The notes beneath the pieces were generated by a model. The model made no database searches. It had not been told where the DNA came from and worked only from the letters and a program-made list of their open reading frames with translations. From Octopus sinensis (taxonomy: Eukaryota), in assembly GCF_006345805.1 (NCBI RefSeq), contig NC_043022.1, positions 12,648,001 through 12,712,000 of the forward strand: a DNA stretch of 64,000 nt. Reading direction: 5' to 3'. Below, piece by piece: positions 25,143-39,487 of this stretch. Position numbers and translations under genes: made by a program. How positions within the stretch are numbered: the first letter of the stretch is position 1; the number at the start of each line of letters is the position of its first letter.

Positions 25143-26441
25143 TATCTGAAGGATGAGCTGTGATGATAAAACCATCAGACTGTTGATGCTACATTTTTTG
25201 GTCTACTTCCCCCTTATTCTTTTCTTCTCATTGTCACACTTATAAACACTCCATATTCAAGTCATTAGCATCACAAATTGATGTAGTTATGGACACATGT
25301 TTACAGTTCAAGATGTATGTTTATATATTTTGGTGAGTGAGTGTGTAAGTACATATAGGTGTGTGTGTATATATATGTAATGTCATGTTGAACACATTCA
25401 AGTGCATTCAGACATGAGGTGACCTACCATAACAGAAATAGTCCCTGGGAGGAAATTCTGCTCCGAGATGTGTGCAAAGACATTAGGCTATGAATGATGT
25501 CATTGGATTATAGGACACAAGCCTTTCTGTATTGTCTATCTCTAGTTCATCTCTTTACACACTATTCATAGATATCTTCTTAACATTCTAACCTTCTAAG
25601 CATATCAGCTGACCTCCATTCCATATACTTTTTGCTACACTCGTGTTTCATCATTCTGTCTCACAGATTGCTGGAAGCCATTTTGAACAAATAATTTGAT
25701 GAATGCAGAGTGGCTGTTGCACTTGTACCAAGTACAACCAGCATTGTCCTAGTATGAAACATTAAGTTATATTTTGTTCCTTGTTAACTGCATAAAGATC
25801 ACTAAACATACACACATGTATAATATATGCATATTCATATATATCTATATACACATGCACACAAACATCTATATGTGTATATAGATACATTTAGATGCAC
25901 ATCTATGTGTGTGTGTGTGTACATATACATATGTGTATAAAAGGATAAACACATCCAAATACTGACAGTGATAGATGATAAAGGTAATGACAAAAAGCAA
26001 TATGATATATAAATCAATAAATAAATATATATAAACAGCCAATGAAGAAGGAGTACAAGGAATGAAGCTGTAAGATGATGAGTAAATCTGTTACCTCTCT
26101 CATCTGAAATCCAAGCATTTTGGACTGGTAATGAGAAAGTAAAAAAAAAAAAAAAAAAGAAGAAGGAAAAAAAACAAACACGCCCAATTACAAATGTGAA
26201 TGGTTAGATATGAGGTCTGTAACAACATTCTGATCAAGCAATTAGAAATTTAGTTCAATTTCTTTTAATTTATTTATTTCATTTTCTGGCAGAGGAAAAG
26301 TGGTATTTTTTTGTTTTGCTTTTTTTTTTAGTCTGAAAATTCAAATTGATAAAAATGAAAATGTTTCCATCATCGTCTCAGTTTGTTAGAACTTCAACAG
26401 ACACATGCTGCCAAGGAGACCTGCGGAAGCTAACATTCGTT

Positions 26442-26941
26442 TTAACCCTTTTGTTGCCATATTTCTGTCAAAATACATTACCTTTTTTTTGATTAATTTT
26501 GAAATTAATGAAGAATTTAATAAAGTAACTTTGTCATTATCCATTTGATATTAGCAACATAAATTACATGAAGCTTTGATGAAAGGTTTAATTTGGATCC
26601 ATTTAAAACAAGGAGTATCAGAGAAGCAGGAGTGGTCTCAGGTGGATTGTGGTTAAATGTAAATTGTGTCCTTAACAAAACAAGCAGAACACTAGTTGTA
26701 GGTGACAGGAAGGAGAACCCTCACAATAACAGCAGAAGTCCCTTTTCTTATAAGACACTCCTTGTTCTCTGGGATAATCTACATATTTTAAAGTGATCTA
26801 AATTAAAGACTTCATGTTAATTTATGTCCCAAACACCAGCTTAATAATGACGAAATTATTTTCATGAATTCTTCATAATTTCCAAATTTGATTTTAGCAA
26901 AGCAGTGTATTTCAACAGGGCTATAATCACAAAAGGATTAA
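26442..26941. mobile_element. piggyBac-like foldback MITE with TTAA target sites
   Basis: TTAA|CCCTTTTGTTGCCATATTTCTGTCAAAATAC ... GTATTTCAACAGGGCTATAATCACAAAAGGA|TTAA; imperfect inverted arms extend ~180 bp. Confidence 0.8.
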
Positions 26942-27930
26942 CAATATTATCACCACCTGGTCTTTGGGTATCTTTAGCAGAATTTAAATATTCAATCCAT
27001 ATACCTGGGTATTTTACTGCTTAAGTTTACATTAATTTGGAAATGTTCAGACTAGGTTATCAGCCAAACCAAACTTACCAGTTTGGGAGAAACTATACAG
27101 GTCTCAATACAGGCCTTCGTAACTTCTCATCAAAGATAGGAGAGAGAAAAGTTATAGAACACACCATAAAGTATAGCAATAATTCTATACAACCATATTT
27201 ATCTCTAACTCTAATTCATGCATAAATTCTTTTCACTTCCATCTTCCATGCTAGCATGGTTAGATAAATGTAACTCGGGTATTATTTTATAACCAAATGC
27301 CTTTCCTGTCACTAATACTTACATGTTTTTCAAGTAAGGGATTTCCTATTTTGCATCTTTGAAGATACGAAGCCCGTGGGTGACCCATTAACAGGGGAAA
27401 TAATAACATCACTGCCTATAGCCCAGTGATTTTTGGAGAAGTGCAAATATAAACAAACATAAGCACCCGTATACACACACACACATATATACATAGCTCT
27501 TAACAAAAACATGTATAAGCATGACAAATGTGTAGACATCCCATAATCTGCTGTCTATGATTTCAACACTTGGATAGCATCACTCAATTTGACGGTGTCA
27601 AAAATATACATGAGGCAGGAACCTGACATAGGTTTAATATGTTCATTGGGCTAATGCATGCTTAAGGTTACTAAACAGAAAGTTTTTTTTCTTTTTAAAA
27701 GTGTTACAAGACATAACAAACCATCATAGAACATGGACCCTTCACTAAACATACAAAACAAATACACCAAACGAAACATAAAATAAAGAGAAAATGCAAC
27801 CAAAAGGATAACAGTCCCCTATTAACAAAAATAAAATCAAAACAAAGTGTTACAGAACTGCAGCTATGAAACAAAATTAAATAAACCAAAACAGACATCT
27901 AAAGAACTATAAAACAAACCAAATGTATAT

Positions 27931-28145
27931 ATGGCAAATTGTCACCATTTTATATTTTTAATTTCACACATGCACATAGTTTGTATTTGATTTTGTCGAT
28001 TACACAGCGTAGTAGGGTCAGTTGGATACTGTCTGTGAGAAAAACAGCACCATGACACAATTCACTCTGCCAGAAATTTGGAAACGACAGGCTGTACTGC
28101 TTGGCATTCACACTGGAAACTCCAATATTTACTCCAAGCATTTAC
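27931..28145 (+). mobile_element. 5' fragment of a Tc1/mariner (maT/DD37D-like) transposon
   Basis: Reverse-complement homologue of 33760-33960; encodes FTLPEIWKRQAVLLGIHTGNSN; the outermost TIR bases are missing. Confidence 0.75.
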
Positions 28146-31100
28146 ACCAAATCATACATACAATTAGATATAATCATCATTGGTATGGGTTGGGAGACTG
28201 AATCATGTACCAGAGTTTACTTTAACAGGTTTTCTCTTGCTTGATATCCTTTTCAATACCAACCACTGTACAGTGTACTGAGTGCTATTTTTGTAACACT
28301 AGCACTAGTGAAGATTGCTTCATAACTTTCCAGGCTAAGGTTCTAAAGTGGCTCCTATAACTGAGAAGGAACAGAAAAGAAAGTAGGAAGAGAGGATGGA
28401 GGGAGCATGGCAAGGAAGAGAGGACAGAGAAGAGATTAGTGGCAGGGGTTGAGGGATAGAGGTGATAGGATAAGTTGTGCAACAAGTCTATGGCTATCCA
28501 ACATTATAATGAGTATGGACACAAGGTGTGGAAGAAAAGGGAGGGAACAATAAACTAGGATTTTGGGAGAGATTGAAGGAAAGAGAGGTGTGGGTAGGTC
28601 AGAGAAGAAAGAGGTGTTGAGAAAGCATAGCAGCTATGAGAAAAAGAACAACGAGAGGAAAGAAGTAGGTGCTGGAGGATAACACAGAAGTAGAAAGATG
28701 AGGAAAAGCAAAGTGTAAGCACTGCAAAAGCATCATAGATAGGCAGGCAATGAGGAGGATGGGGGAAACAGTAGATGGATGCAGCAAATGAAAGAAAGGT
28801 AGAGAGAATCCTAGATGAGTAAGGATAGGTTGTGAGATAAAAGCAAGAGGAGGTGTGGAGTGGGCTTAGAGCTAACTAGGAAGAGAGTGTGTGTATATAG
28901 ATAGATATCGATATATGCACATACATACAGAGAAGGATACGTATATATATGGGGATGGAAGTCAGTGAACACAAATTGGACCCCCAACTATGTAAAACAT
29001 TGATCTTTTGGCATAACCTCAATGCATGTCAATATATATAAACATGCACACACATATAGATTTATAAAAGAATTTTCTCCACCCCTCCTATTTCAAGTAT
29101 AAAAAAAATTTCTTTCAAAACTTAGTGGAATTTGAACTAAATTTGGAATTTAGTTTAAAAATCTAAAAACTCGTCTGTACAAATTTAACAAAGAAGTTTT
29201 ATATTTTTTTATTTAGTTATTTGTAATTTGATTCTGAATTGGGTTAAGAATTTCGATTTTATATTTAAACAAATTTACCTCCTTGCAACTTTGGGTTGTC
29301 CTTTATGGAAACATCTTCAGTTCCAAGATATTATAAGGGTCAGTTTGAGAAGGAAAACAAATAGTGGTACCATAATGACAGAACCATTAGGAAATGTTTC
29401 ACGATTCTCTCTCAGACTGATCTCTTAAACAATCTAAAAGTTACTTGGTGTTAGGAAGTTTTCTCTCTTAGAAATTCATTCTGTCATAGTTTAATATTTT
29501 TATCAAGTAAAAATTTCCAAACTTAAAAAAACAGAAAATTCCTATTCATGGTCAGAAAAATGAATGGTGGACAACATACAGATGTAAAGTTGTGTTTACT
29601 TACCACAATGAAAAGCAGACACTTGTTTTTGATTTTTACCATAAGGGTGCAAGCCGTTGGTTAAAGCAAAGCATACAACTAGTAGCTTCAAAAATAAATT
29701 ATAAAGCCAGCTCATGTTACACATCATAATATTATAGTCTTTGCATGTGTATGTGTGTACTACCTCATAATGTAATGTGTGTGTGTGTATATGTCGGGTT
29801 TGAGTGTCTTTAAAAGTTCTAAGATTATATAACATACAGATACGTGTGCTGTATGTATATAGACACACATGTATAGGTATATGCATACAAATATACATAT
29901 GTTTACATAGATGTATACATGTGCATATATATATATCTACATAGGCATACATATATACACAGCCAAATACTCTCATTATATATATATATTTACACATAAA
30001 TACATATACACACAAATATATGCATATACACTCATACATTTTAGCATGGAAAACGGACGCTAAATGATGATGATGATGATGACTTATATACAAACACTCG
30101 TGTGTAACATAGTCGTATGTATACATATGTGTATATATAGCACACATACATCATCATTTAATGTCTGGTTTCTATACTGGCATAATAAATTGGATAGTTT
30201 GACAGGGTCTGATGAGTTGGAGGACTGTGTTATACACCAATGTCCATAGCTAGATGCCCTTCCTTATGCCAACCACTTTACAAAGTGTACTGGAAGTTTT
30301 TTTCTGTGGCACCAGCACTAGTGATTGCCTTGTAACTTGCAAGGCTAAGACCCTAAAAAGATCCCTATAACTGGGGGAGATTAGAAGAGAAAATTGGACG
30401 TGAGCCAGGATGAAAGATGGAAAATAGAAGAAGGGGAAGTATGGCAGGAAACAGAGGAGAGAGAAGGAATTAGTGACAGGGTTGAGGAAAAGTTAGGGAT
30501 AGAGTTAAAAAGGATATAAGATAGTATGTGTAAGGAGAGGTGCTCAGGGCTATCCAACACTAAGGGGAGGGTTAGAAAAATGTGAAAGAAAAGGGAGTAT
30601 GATACTATGGTGGAAATAATTCTGAGAGATTCATATATATATTTATATAAAGAGGATAAGACCATTATTTAAAATAATGATCATATCAAGAGGCCAGCAT
30701 GGTAAAAAAAACCATATAGGTAATAATTATTATAAATAAATATAGCTATATATGTATACATATATTAATGAATGAATGACAAATGAATAGAAGTTATATA
30801 ATCACCTTCATTAGCTTACAGCCGTTTCTGCTATAAGAAACAAAGCCAACTGCTTGTGCAACATCTTATAGTTTTCTCAGTTTCTGAAGAAGCTAGGTGC
30901 AGGCATGGCTGTTTAATTATGAAGTTCACTCTATAACAATGATTTTTTATAGCCCTGGGCCAACAAATGCTTTGTGAGTGGATTTGGTAAATAGAAACTG
31001 CTGAAGTTTATCATTAGTGTTCATGGAGTGGGGGAGGGCAGTGGATGTCTCTCACTACTTAATAACTGGTGTTGGTTTGTTTACATCTCCATAACTTAGC

Positions 31101-31809
31101 AACTCAGCAAAACGAAACTGATTGAACAACTACTAAGTTTAAAATATAAGAACTGGTGTTGATTCAAGCCAGTGCCCCAACATGGTCACAGTCCAATGAC
31201 TGAAGCAAGAACATAAATTTCTGTGTGCTCTTTATTAGTTATTAAATGATAAATTGAAATTAGTTTTATTCAATTCCTTTAAAACAGTTTGCTGCAATAC
31301 ACACGCACGCACACATATATAATAAAGTAGAGGGAAACAGGAAATTTAATACTTCCCATTTCCCTGTAAGCATACATATGAGCATGATAAAGAAAATCAT
31401 GTACTCAATACGCATAAGACATGTTGCATAAATATTTGTTAGAAACTTTTTCTTCATGATAGCTACTCTAAGTTTTGACTTTTGAACCTGTATCTGAAAT
31501 GTTGAAACTCAGATGAGTAATCAGGAATTTTCAGTATATCATACACACACACACATATATATATATATATAGATAAATAGATAGATATGAATATACATAC
31601 CTCAAATTTTGATTCTGCCATATAAGCAATTTAGTGATTATCTTGCAGCAAATAAAATTCCTGAAATATATAATACGATAAATATATATAATAGGCAATG
31701 AATGAAAAAAATCAAGGTTTAATGAAACAAAAAATTCAGAGCATGAAAATATATATATATATATTGTGTAGTTTCAGCTCAGAACTGCGTGGCCGTTAAA
31801 TATATATAT

Positions 31810-31871
<62 letters not shown>

Positions 31872-32206
31872 CTAGCAGTATCGCTCGGGTTTGTAAGGGA
31901 AATAACTATATAAGCATTTTTAGAGAGTTATAGCCAAAAAAATGATGGTAAATTTTTTTTTAAATCGTAGACATTTTTAGAGAGTTACTTCCCTTATATA
32001 ATAGCGAAAAAATGTATTAAAATGGAAAAAAATGATGGTAAATTTTTTTTTAAATCATAGACGCGCGCTAATACCCAGAAGGGCTCGATATGAATCATGA
32101 CTATAAGATACCCGGTTTTGGTTAAACTGCACTGCAAAATGTGGGAGTGGTTAGGAATCTAAATCGTAGGAGACAGACACACAAACTTCACTTTTATATA
32201 TAAAGA
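31872..32206 (-). mobile_element. Non-autonomous Helitron
   Basis: Minus strand starts A|TC (32206) and ends CCCGAGCGATACTG-CTAG|T (31872), inserted between A and T inside a (TA)n tract. Internal repeat AAAAAAATGATGGTAAATTTTTTTTTAAATC.TAGAC occurs twice. Confidence 0.85.
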
Positions 32207-32759
32207 TATATATATATATATTTAATCAGCTGAAGTTACAAAGTCATCTAAGTCCTGAAGCACCAAGTGCACACAATTCAAAGTTTTGTAATAGGATTTG
32301 ATTGATGAAAACTGAGAGTCTCTCTCTCTCTCACACACACACACATATAAGTGTGTGTTTTAGTATCTCCTTGTTTTGACATTGCACAATTGTAAACATG
32401 CATCTCCATCATACAAGTAGTGTTCCTTGTTTTCAATCATCCATGAAAAACATGTTTGATAGGAAAATATTATCTTTCTTAGAAGCAGAAAAGACCAAGA
32501 CATTGCAAATCTGACTCAATGAATTTTATCTAACCTGTGCATATATAACTCCTCAATCCAGAGTTTTATTACTTCCGTGCAGTCAAAGTGCATTGACCCT
32601 GAGGCCCCATGGGAAGACGTAAGGTAATATGATATGGTCCTAATTGCTTATGTCTCCTATCAGAGTCAGTAGGAACTTCTCTGTGGAGTCCGCAAAGAGT
32701 CACACTGCCCCTCCTGTTCAGCTTCTAGTTCTAGTAAAACTTCTCTTTGGAGAAGAACC

Positions 32760-32985
32760 AGAGTAGGTTTCAAGGATCTTTGAGCTTCTTCAGAAAGCAC
32801 TTGGCCACCAGAAATTGTGGGACATGATCTGCTCTATCTTCATCACATAGAACTGCATTTGTACTTGATATTCTTGTGGATCCCATGTCTGGCATTAGAC
32901 TCTTCCACCTTGAGCTGCTCAGCAATGTCCCTCATCAACCTACATGGATTATCAATGTGCAAGTAGGATGTAAAAAACACCTTTT
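32760..32985 (-). mobile_element. Old maT/DD37D-like transposase remnant
   Basis: IDNPCRLMRDIAEQLKVEESNARHGIHKNIKYK resembles the second HTH of this transposase group. Confidence 0.5.
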
Positions 32986-33009
32986 GAACGAGGTCGTTGC
33001 CAGAACCGC

Positions 33010-33215
33010 CTGACTGGCCCTTATACCAGTGGCACGTAAAAGCACCCACTACACTCTTGGAGTGGTTGGCATTAGGAAGGGGGCATCCAGCTGTAGAAAC
33101 TTTGCCAGATCAGATTGGAGCCTAGTGCAGCCTTCTGGCTCACCAGACCTCAGTCAAACCATCCAACCCATGCCAGCATGGAAAGCAGACACTAAACGAT
33201 GATGATGATGATGAT
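33010..33215 (+). mobile_element. Short element sharing the RTE 3' tail (RTE-dependent SINE or 5'-truncated RTE)
   Basis: GGCACGTAAAAGCACC...TTAGGAAGGGGGCATCCAGCTGTAGAAAC...CCAACCCATGCCAGCATGGAAAGCAGACACTAAAC(GAT)n, matching the end of the RTE at 42637-43634. Further copies at ~210-395, 1090-1290, 18250-18430, 19270-19390, 20510-20635, 22090-22225, 30150-30400, 35720-35900, 37200-37360, 52890-53100. Confidence 0.85.
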
Positions 33216-33648
33216 ATACTCATATACATATATATACATGCATACATATATATTTGTGTGTAGACACACAAGCAGTATTAGTATTAAAACATAGCTTGGA
33301 TTGAATATCATTAGCTCTGCTTAATTAAATACTAATATAATTGATGTTATGGGTAATTAATATGATGATTACACAGTAATCAATTATTGATGTATACAGT
33401 ATTAAGATAGTTAAGACACTTGGTTATAGAGAGTTTAGAGGTGAGGGGATCTTATATATAGATATATACATTCGTGTATGTACATTTATACATATACATA
33501 CTTATATACACACACATACATATACAAACATACTTATACATGTCTATAAATTTATATACCTGCACACACATCCAGATACACATGAGGGAGAAATGGAAGA
33601 AAAATAGAGGGAGAGCTAAAAGAAGTAGAGAGAGAGAGAGAAACAACA

Positions 33649-33970
33649 ATTTCTTATCAGAACGATCAGAGTGAGTTTTCCAAGCTGTAGTACCTACGTA
33701 ATCACCATTAGACTCATCCAACTCATTCCAAATCCTCTGCACTGTCTTCAGATTGACACCCAAGCACTCTGAAATGTTCATATTGCCAAGCAGTACAGCA
33801 TGTCATTTCCAAATTTCTGGCAGAGTGATTTGCATCGTAGTGCTGTTTTTTCTCACAGATGACATCCAATTAACCCTACTATACTGTGTAGTCAACAAAA
33901 CCAAAAACAACCAATGCACATGAGTGAAATTACAAATATAAAACGGCGACAATTTACCCATTGCATCCTG
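33649..33970 (-). mobile_element. 5' end of a Tc1/mariner (maT/DD37D-like) transposon
   Basis: TA|CAGGATGCAATGGGTAAATTGTCGCCG TIR; encodes TLPEIWK*HAVLLG..NISECLGVNLKTVQRIWNELDESNGDY...HSDRSDKK, then truncated at a (GA)n tract. Confidence 0.82.
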
Positions 33971-36317
33971 TAGATATATATATATATATATGCTGAGATG
34001 GGATCCCCTTTGGTCATGACTGACCATGGGATTGCACCTAGAAAGTTACCCTCCCAGGCACAAGTCCAGGCAAGTGACATACACAACATTCATGCAGCAA
34101 GAAAAGGGTAAACACTCAAGAAATGTGAGTATTTTGTTGACTACATCCACTTCTGAGAATGAGCCGTTGTGCCTGAAATATGCAGAGGTTATTTAACTTT
34201 TGCCTTTACACATTGTAAGAAGCTCTGTCTTCATTATTTTGCTATTTTACTTTTATTATATGCTAGCTTAAAAGCTGCACTCCTTGCAGATTTTTAGGAT
34301 AGCTCCTGCAGAGGGCTAATTGGGCCTGTGGCCCAAGACTAAAGAAAGCTACATAGCAGCATGACTGTAATACATCTATAATGACTATATGCTCCAGTGA
34401 CGTTTGATCAGAGGTTAATGACAGAAGAGAATTAAACCTGTAATGCAATCATTCCTTTGTTCCAGTCCCTAGTTGAATTCCAACTGTATATGTCTATGTA
34501 GAGCAAATATAGACTGAGATACAGGGGTCCCAGATGGACAGACAGAATTTTTCTTTTATTAATATAGATACATTTGTGTGTGTGTGTGTGTGTGCAAGTA
34601 TATACACACATACAGATATAAAACAGGCTTCTTTTGTTTCCCTCCACCAGTTTTACTCATAAGTCTGAATTTTCCCAAGGAAATGATAAAGGTTATTCTT
34701 ATTCAGTTAGTAAGCTTATTACGTTAAGGTGTACATGCGTGTACAATAATCAGTTAATAGAGCTTTTCAACTTTATAACACTGGTAGGTTTCTCACACAC
34801 GAGAAATAGATCAAAGTAGTTAAGTGTCCTTCAGAAAGAAAGAAAGATATATAAACACACACACACATGTATATATATATACACACATGTACATATATAT
34901 ATATATATATAGAAATACATACATACATATAAACACATATATATAGGATGCATGTATATATACAAACATATATGTATACATGTCCATATATACACACATC
35001 TGTTATGCCTGATCTCATCCAGTGGCATATACATACATATATATTTATCTTTCCCAGTGCTATTGATACATACTTATCTCCCTCAATACTACACACACAC
35101 ATTGCCATTTCTAAATCAGTGCACAGTTGGTGTAGCTAGCTGAGACTGCACTCACTAACCTCTACCAGTATTGTTGACAACATACATGCAGATATGTACA
35201 GAATGAGATAGAATAAGATAAATTCAAATTAAATTTTAATATTTCTCGCTGCATGAATGTCGTGTATGTCACTATTTTGTGCTCGATTTTTACAGATGGA
35301 TGTCCTTCCCATCAACAACCCCTACATTCCTGACATCATTACATGGACATTAGAATATTACAATTCTACTGCTCTTCATTCCTAAGCATCACTGGTCACC
35401 ACCACCCCTTATCCAAAATTCATTACATCCGGCCCTCAACGCTTGTTCATTCATTATATTCACCCTCTCACCTGTACACCCATACACTCTTACAACCTTT
35501 ACCTGCCCACACTCCCAATTCTGCCCTACCTAGACATCACCTCTCTTTTTATCTCTACCCTGTTCCACATCAATTAACCCTATCCTCTTTTCCAAAATGT
35601 GAGTAGCTCTACGACTGCAAGGAACCTGCTCTGCTCTGGGTCCTTTCCTCATATGTTAACCATTCATCACCCAGTATAAAGCTGCCTCTCTCTCAAGGTT
35701 TTTCATCTTACAAGCTGCATGGCAACCACATTGGTGCTGGTGACACAAATAGAGTATCCAGTACATACTGTAAAGTGGTTGGCATTAGGAAGGCATCCAT
35801 CCATGGAAACCTTTCCAAAGTAGACAGGAGTACAGTACAGTCCTTGGACTCACCAGATTCTGTCAAACCCTCAATCCATTTCAGCAAAAAACAAGGACAT
35901 TAAAAGTTTATATCTACACACACACACACACATATATATAAACAGACTTCCACAGAGTTTTCATCTACTAAATTCACTCAAGAAATTGTGAGAACACAAG
36001 TAGATAATACTTGCCTTAAGTGCAACACAGTGGGACTGAACCTGAAGCCTTATGGTTGTGAAGTGAACTTCTAAACCACACAACCAGCCAATTTCTATAT
36101 ATCCACATGTGTCTCCTTACATGTGAGGGCCCTGGTTCTTAGAATAGATACACTATGTTCCTACAGTCTATTTATTTATTCTAATACCTTGGTTATTGTA
36201 AGAGGTGAGAATGACAAGAAGACCCTCTAGCAGTAAAACATTGCCTCAGGAACTCTGCCCAACCCATGCTTGCATGGAAAAGTAAATGTAAAACAATGAT
36301 GATGATGTATACTTTCA

Positions 36318-36405
36318 GATGTATATTAAATTAAATTAAATATATATATAGATGTATATTAAATTAAATATATATATAGATGTATATTAAATTAAATATA
36401 TATAT
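36318..36405. repeat. Three tandem 28-33-bp units AGATGTATATTAAATTAAATATATATAT
   Basis: Direct reading. Confidence 0.9.
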
Positions 36406-38260
36406 AGAGAGAGAGGAGGGAGAAAGTGAGAATAAAAAGCAGAAAAGCATAAATTTCACAAATAGTCCATAATTCAAATACACTCATCATTCCTGTCTCA
36501 CTCTCTTATATATGTGTGTGTGGATGTGAATATATGTGTGTGTGTATGTATATATATATATGTTACGTGCATAAATGTGTGTGTGTATGTATGTACATAT
36601 ATGTTTGTATATTCTTTGTTCAGCAATATGCAACAGAGGAGATAGATTGAGAAATTACGTCAGAGCTGTACAGATCCAACCAGACTTGATTCTACTGTGC
36701 CATCACCATCATCATCTCCTCCTCCACCATCATGACCACTGCCGCCAAACCTTGTATGGAATTGCCGATTTCACAATGATTAACTTGGAATTAATATTTG
36801 CTGTTCTCAATAGAATCTTCAGATCTTAGGTATTGGATAGCAATAACAACAACAAAGGCAGAAGACAAGTGATACAATAACAATAGAAGAACAAGAAATG
36901 AAAGAAGGAAATAAGAACTAAAGGAAAGAAAGAACAAAGGTGATAAGAAAGGATGCAAGAGAAAGAAGAATTTGCTTAATCCCTTAGTAACAGTGGATTT
37001 TTATGCAATCTCTTTGTGTAATCAATCATTGATGAAATCCTAAAACCAGTCCAGTTGATCCCTCTTTTCATGCCCACAAAGCTATTGTACATAAAAATAA
37101 GGTGTTTCCATCTATATCCCCCTACACACACACAGTGTTAGCTAAAATCTACAGCAGTAGTATACCATATTATACTATTTATATTATATGTACATATGGT
37201 GAACTCATTAGCACAAATGACAAACCGTCCAGTAGACACTGTAAAGTGGTTCACATTGGGAAAGGTATCCAGCAGCAGGAACTATGCCAAAGCTGACATT
37301 GGTGCTTGACACAGCCCTACATCTCACCAGATCATGTCAAACTGTCCAATCCATAGAAAACAAACATTATGCGATGATATATATGTGTGTAAGTACATAC
37401 ACATGCACATATACATACGTGCTGTCAATTTGCTGCCCAATATGCTTGAGAACACAGGAGGAACTAAACTGAATTCAAACACACACACACACACTGTCTC
37501 CCAGTTTAGGTCACCCATCTACCCAAATATCCACCCAGATTAATCAATATTGTTGTTGATTTATATCATGAGGTGTTTTAAGTTATAGATTAATTTATGT
37601 GACACATCATTTCTGTTGGTTTAACTATTTCAAAATATCTGTGTGTTCAAATGTATGTGTGTGTGTGTGTGAAGGGGTGGGTGGGGATATACACTTGTAG
37701 GTGGATGTGTATTAGACAAGGTGACAGTGGGTAGGTATGTGTGTGAGTGGTGATCCAGGTAAAGTATGTATATGTGTTTATTTATATATATATATATACA
37801 CACACAAATTTATGATACACATACAGAGATGTTATATGCAAACAGATTATATTTATGCATACATAGATACATTGATAGACACAAAAATGTATGATAGACA
37901 AGAGATAAAAGACAAACACACAAGTTTTCTGTTATAACACATAAAATGTTTGTTTATATATTTCATGTAAAATGTTTCAGATTTTACTACGTCAATACTA
38001 AATACACACACTCAGTTTCATATATATATACATATATGCACACAAACATTTATGTGTGTGTGTATACATATTGTGACAAGTTATAAAATTAAGCAAAAAG
38101 CTTAAAATTAATATTGACAACATTTCAAAGTCACATGACCTGATCTTTTTAATCTCAAACAGAAATAAAACACGGTAGGGTGGTATCAGCAGAGAGTGTA
38201 AGACTGAAATGGAGAGATGGTTAGGTGGAGGTGTGTGCAACTTTGTAATTTCAGCTTTTT

Positions 38261-38529
38261 ACCTCGTTAAATCTGAACATTTTCAACAAGTCAAAGAAGG
38301 AAATTAGTTTCTGCCTGTATTATTACCTCGTTAAATCTGAACAGTTTCAACAAATTACAGAAAGAGAAATTAGTTTTTTGCCTGAGTTATTAGCTTGTTA
38401 AATGTGAACATTTTGAACAAATTACAGAAAGAGAAAATTGTTTTTCTACCTGTGCTATTATTTTGTTAAATGTGAACATTTTCAACAAGTCATGAGGAGA
38501 GAGAAAAATCAGCTTAACCTGAGTTATTT
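38261..38529. repeat. Four-unit 64-70-bp minisatellite
   Basis: Units start at 38261, 38325, 38392 and 38460; consensus ~GTTAAAT(C/G)TGAACATTTTCAACAA.T.A.AGAAAGAGAAA.TAGTTTTT.CCTG.GTTATT. Confidence 0.9.
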
Positions 38530-39230
38530 AAGGCATACAAATCAGTTTTACCTGTTATTTAATAGGTTGAGACAATTTCAAAGTGGAAAAACAAAGATTA
38601 CTGCAGTTAATTATTTGAGTATGAGAGTTTTTTTTTTTTGCATGGTGTCAAAACTTGGACTATTAAGAAGGAGCTTTAAAATCACCTGGGTGGAATATAG
38701 ACCAAGCTTTTTATGAGGGCTCAGATTGCCACATGGTTTAAGCTCAAAACCAAAAAGGAGGCTTATGTTATTGGCAGAGAGACACAGTATTAAATAAATT
38801 GGAGACCTACCAAAAATTATTGGGACACAGAGATTCCTCGTGCAGCATTATGAGATATATCTTGGTTGTGGCTTCTTGAGGAAGGAGGAGGTGGGGGTAA
38901 AAATTTCTAATTCAGTTGCTATATGGAGTGGGGTGACTGAAATTCTGGAAACTTATTCATCAATTTAAATAAGAATGTGTGATGAACAAGTAAAGAGAAG
39001 AAAAAAATACAAGGGACAAGTTTTCTTCAACAGAAGAAGGAAAAGTATCTTTCAGTCATTAGAGTCCTTTATCAGAAAAAAGAAAGAAAAAGTGAGAGAA
39101 AAGAGGGAAGAAAGAAATAAAAGAGGTGGGGGGGAGAGCGGAAATGCTGTTTTATGGGGAGGATTACAAAGTGAGGAAAAGACAGTGTTGTGTGCCTATA
39201 TAAGAGAGTATGTATATACATACATATATA

Positions 39231-39439
39231 TCTTTTACTTGCTTCAGTCATTTGACTGCGGTCATGCTGGAGCACCGCCTTTCAATTGAGCAAATCAACC
39301 CCAGGACTTATTCTTTGTAAGCCTAGTACTTATTCTATTGGTCTCTTATGCCGAACCACTAAGTTACGGGGACATAAACACACCAGCATCAGTTGTCAAG
39401 TGATGTTGGGAGGACAAACACAGACACACAAACATATCT

Positions 39440-39487
<48 letters not shown>

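Noticed and set aside
29228-29428. LW..LQFQD resembling mitochondrial COX2 (NUMT)
   Set aside because: Similarity is limited to five residues; nothing downstream matches COX2.
38261-38529. Minisatellite as a possible C2H2 zinc-finger array or CRISPR-like array
   Set aside because: Period is 64-70 bp rather than 84, with stops in all frames; whole units are homologous (no unique spacers) and the context is eukaryotic with no cas genes.
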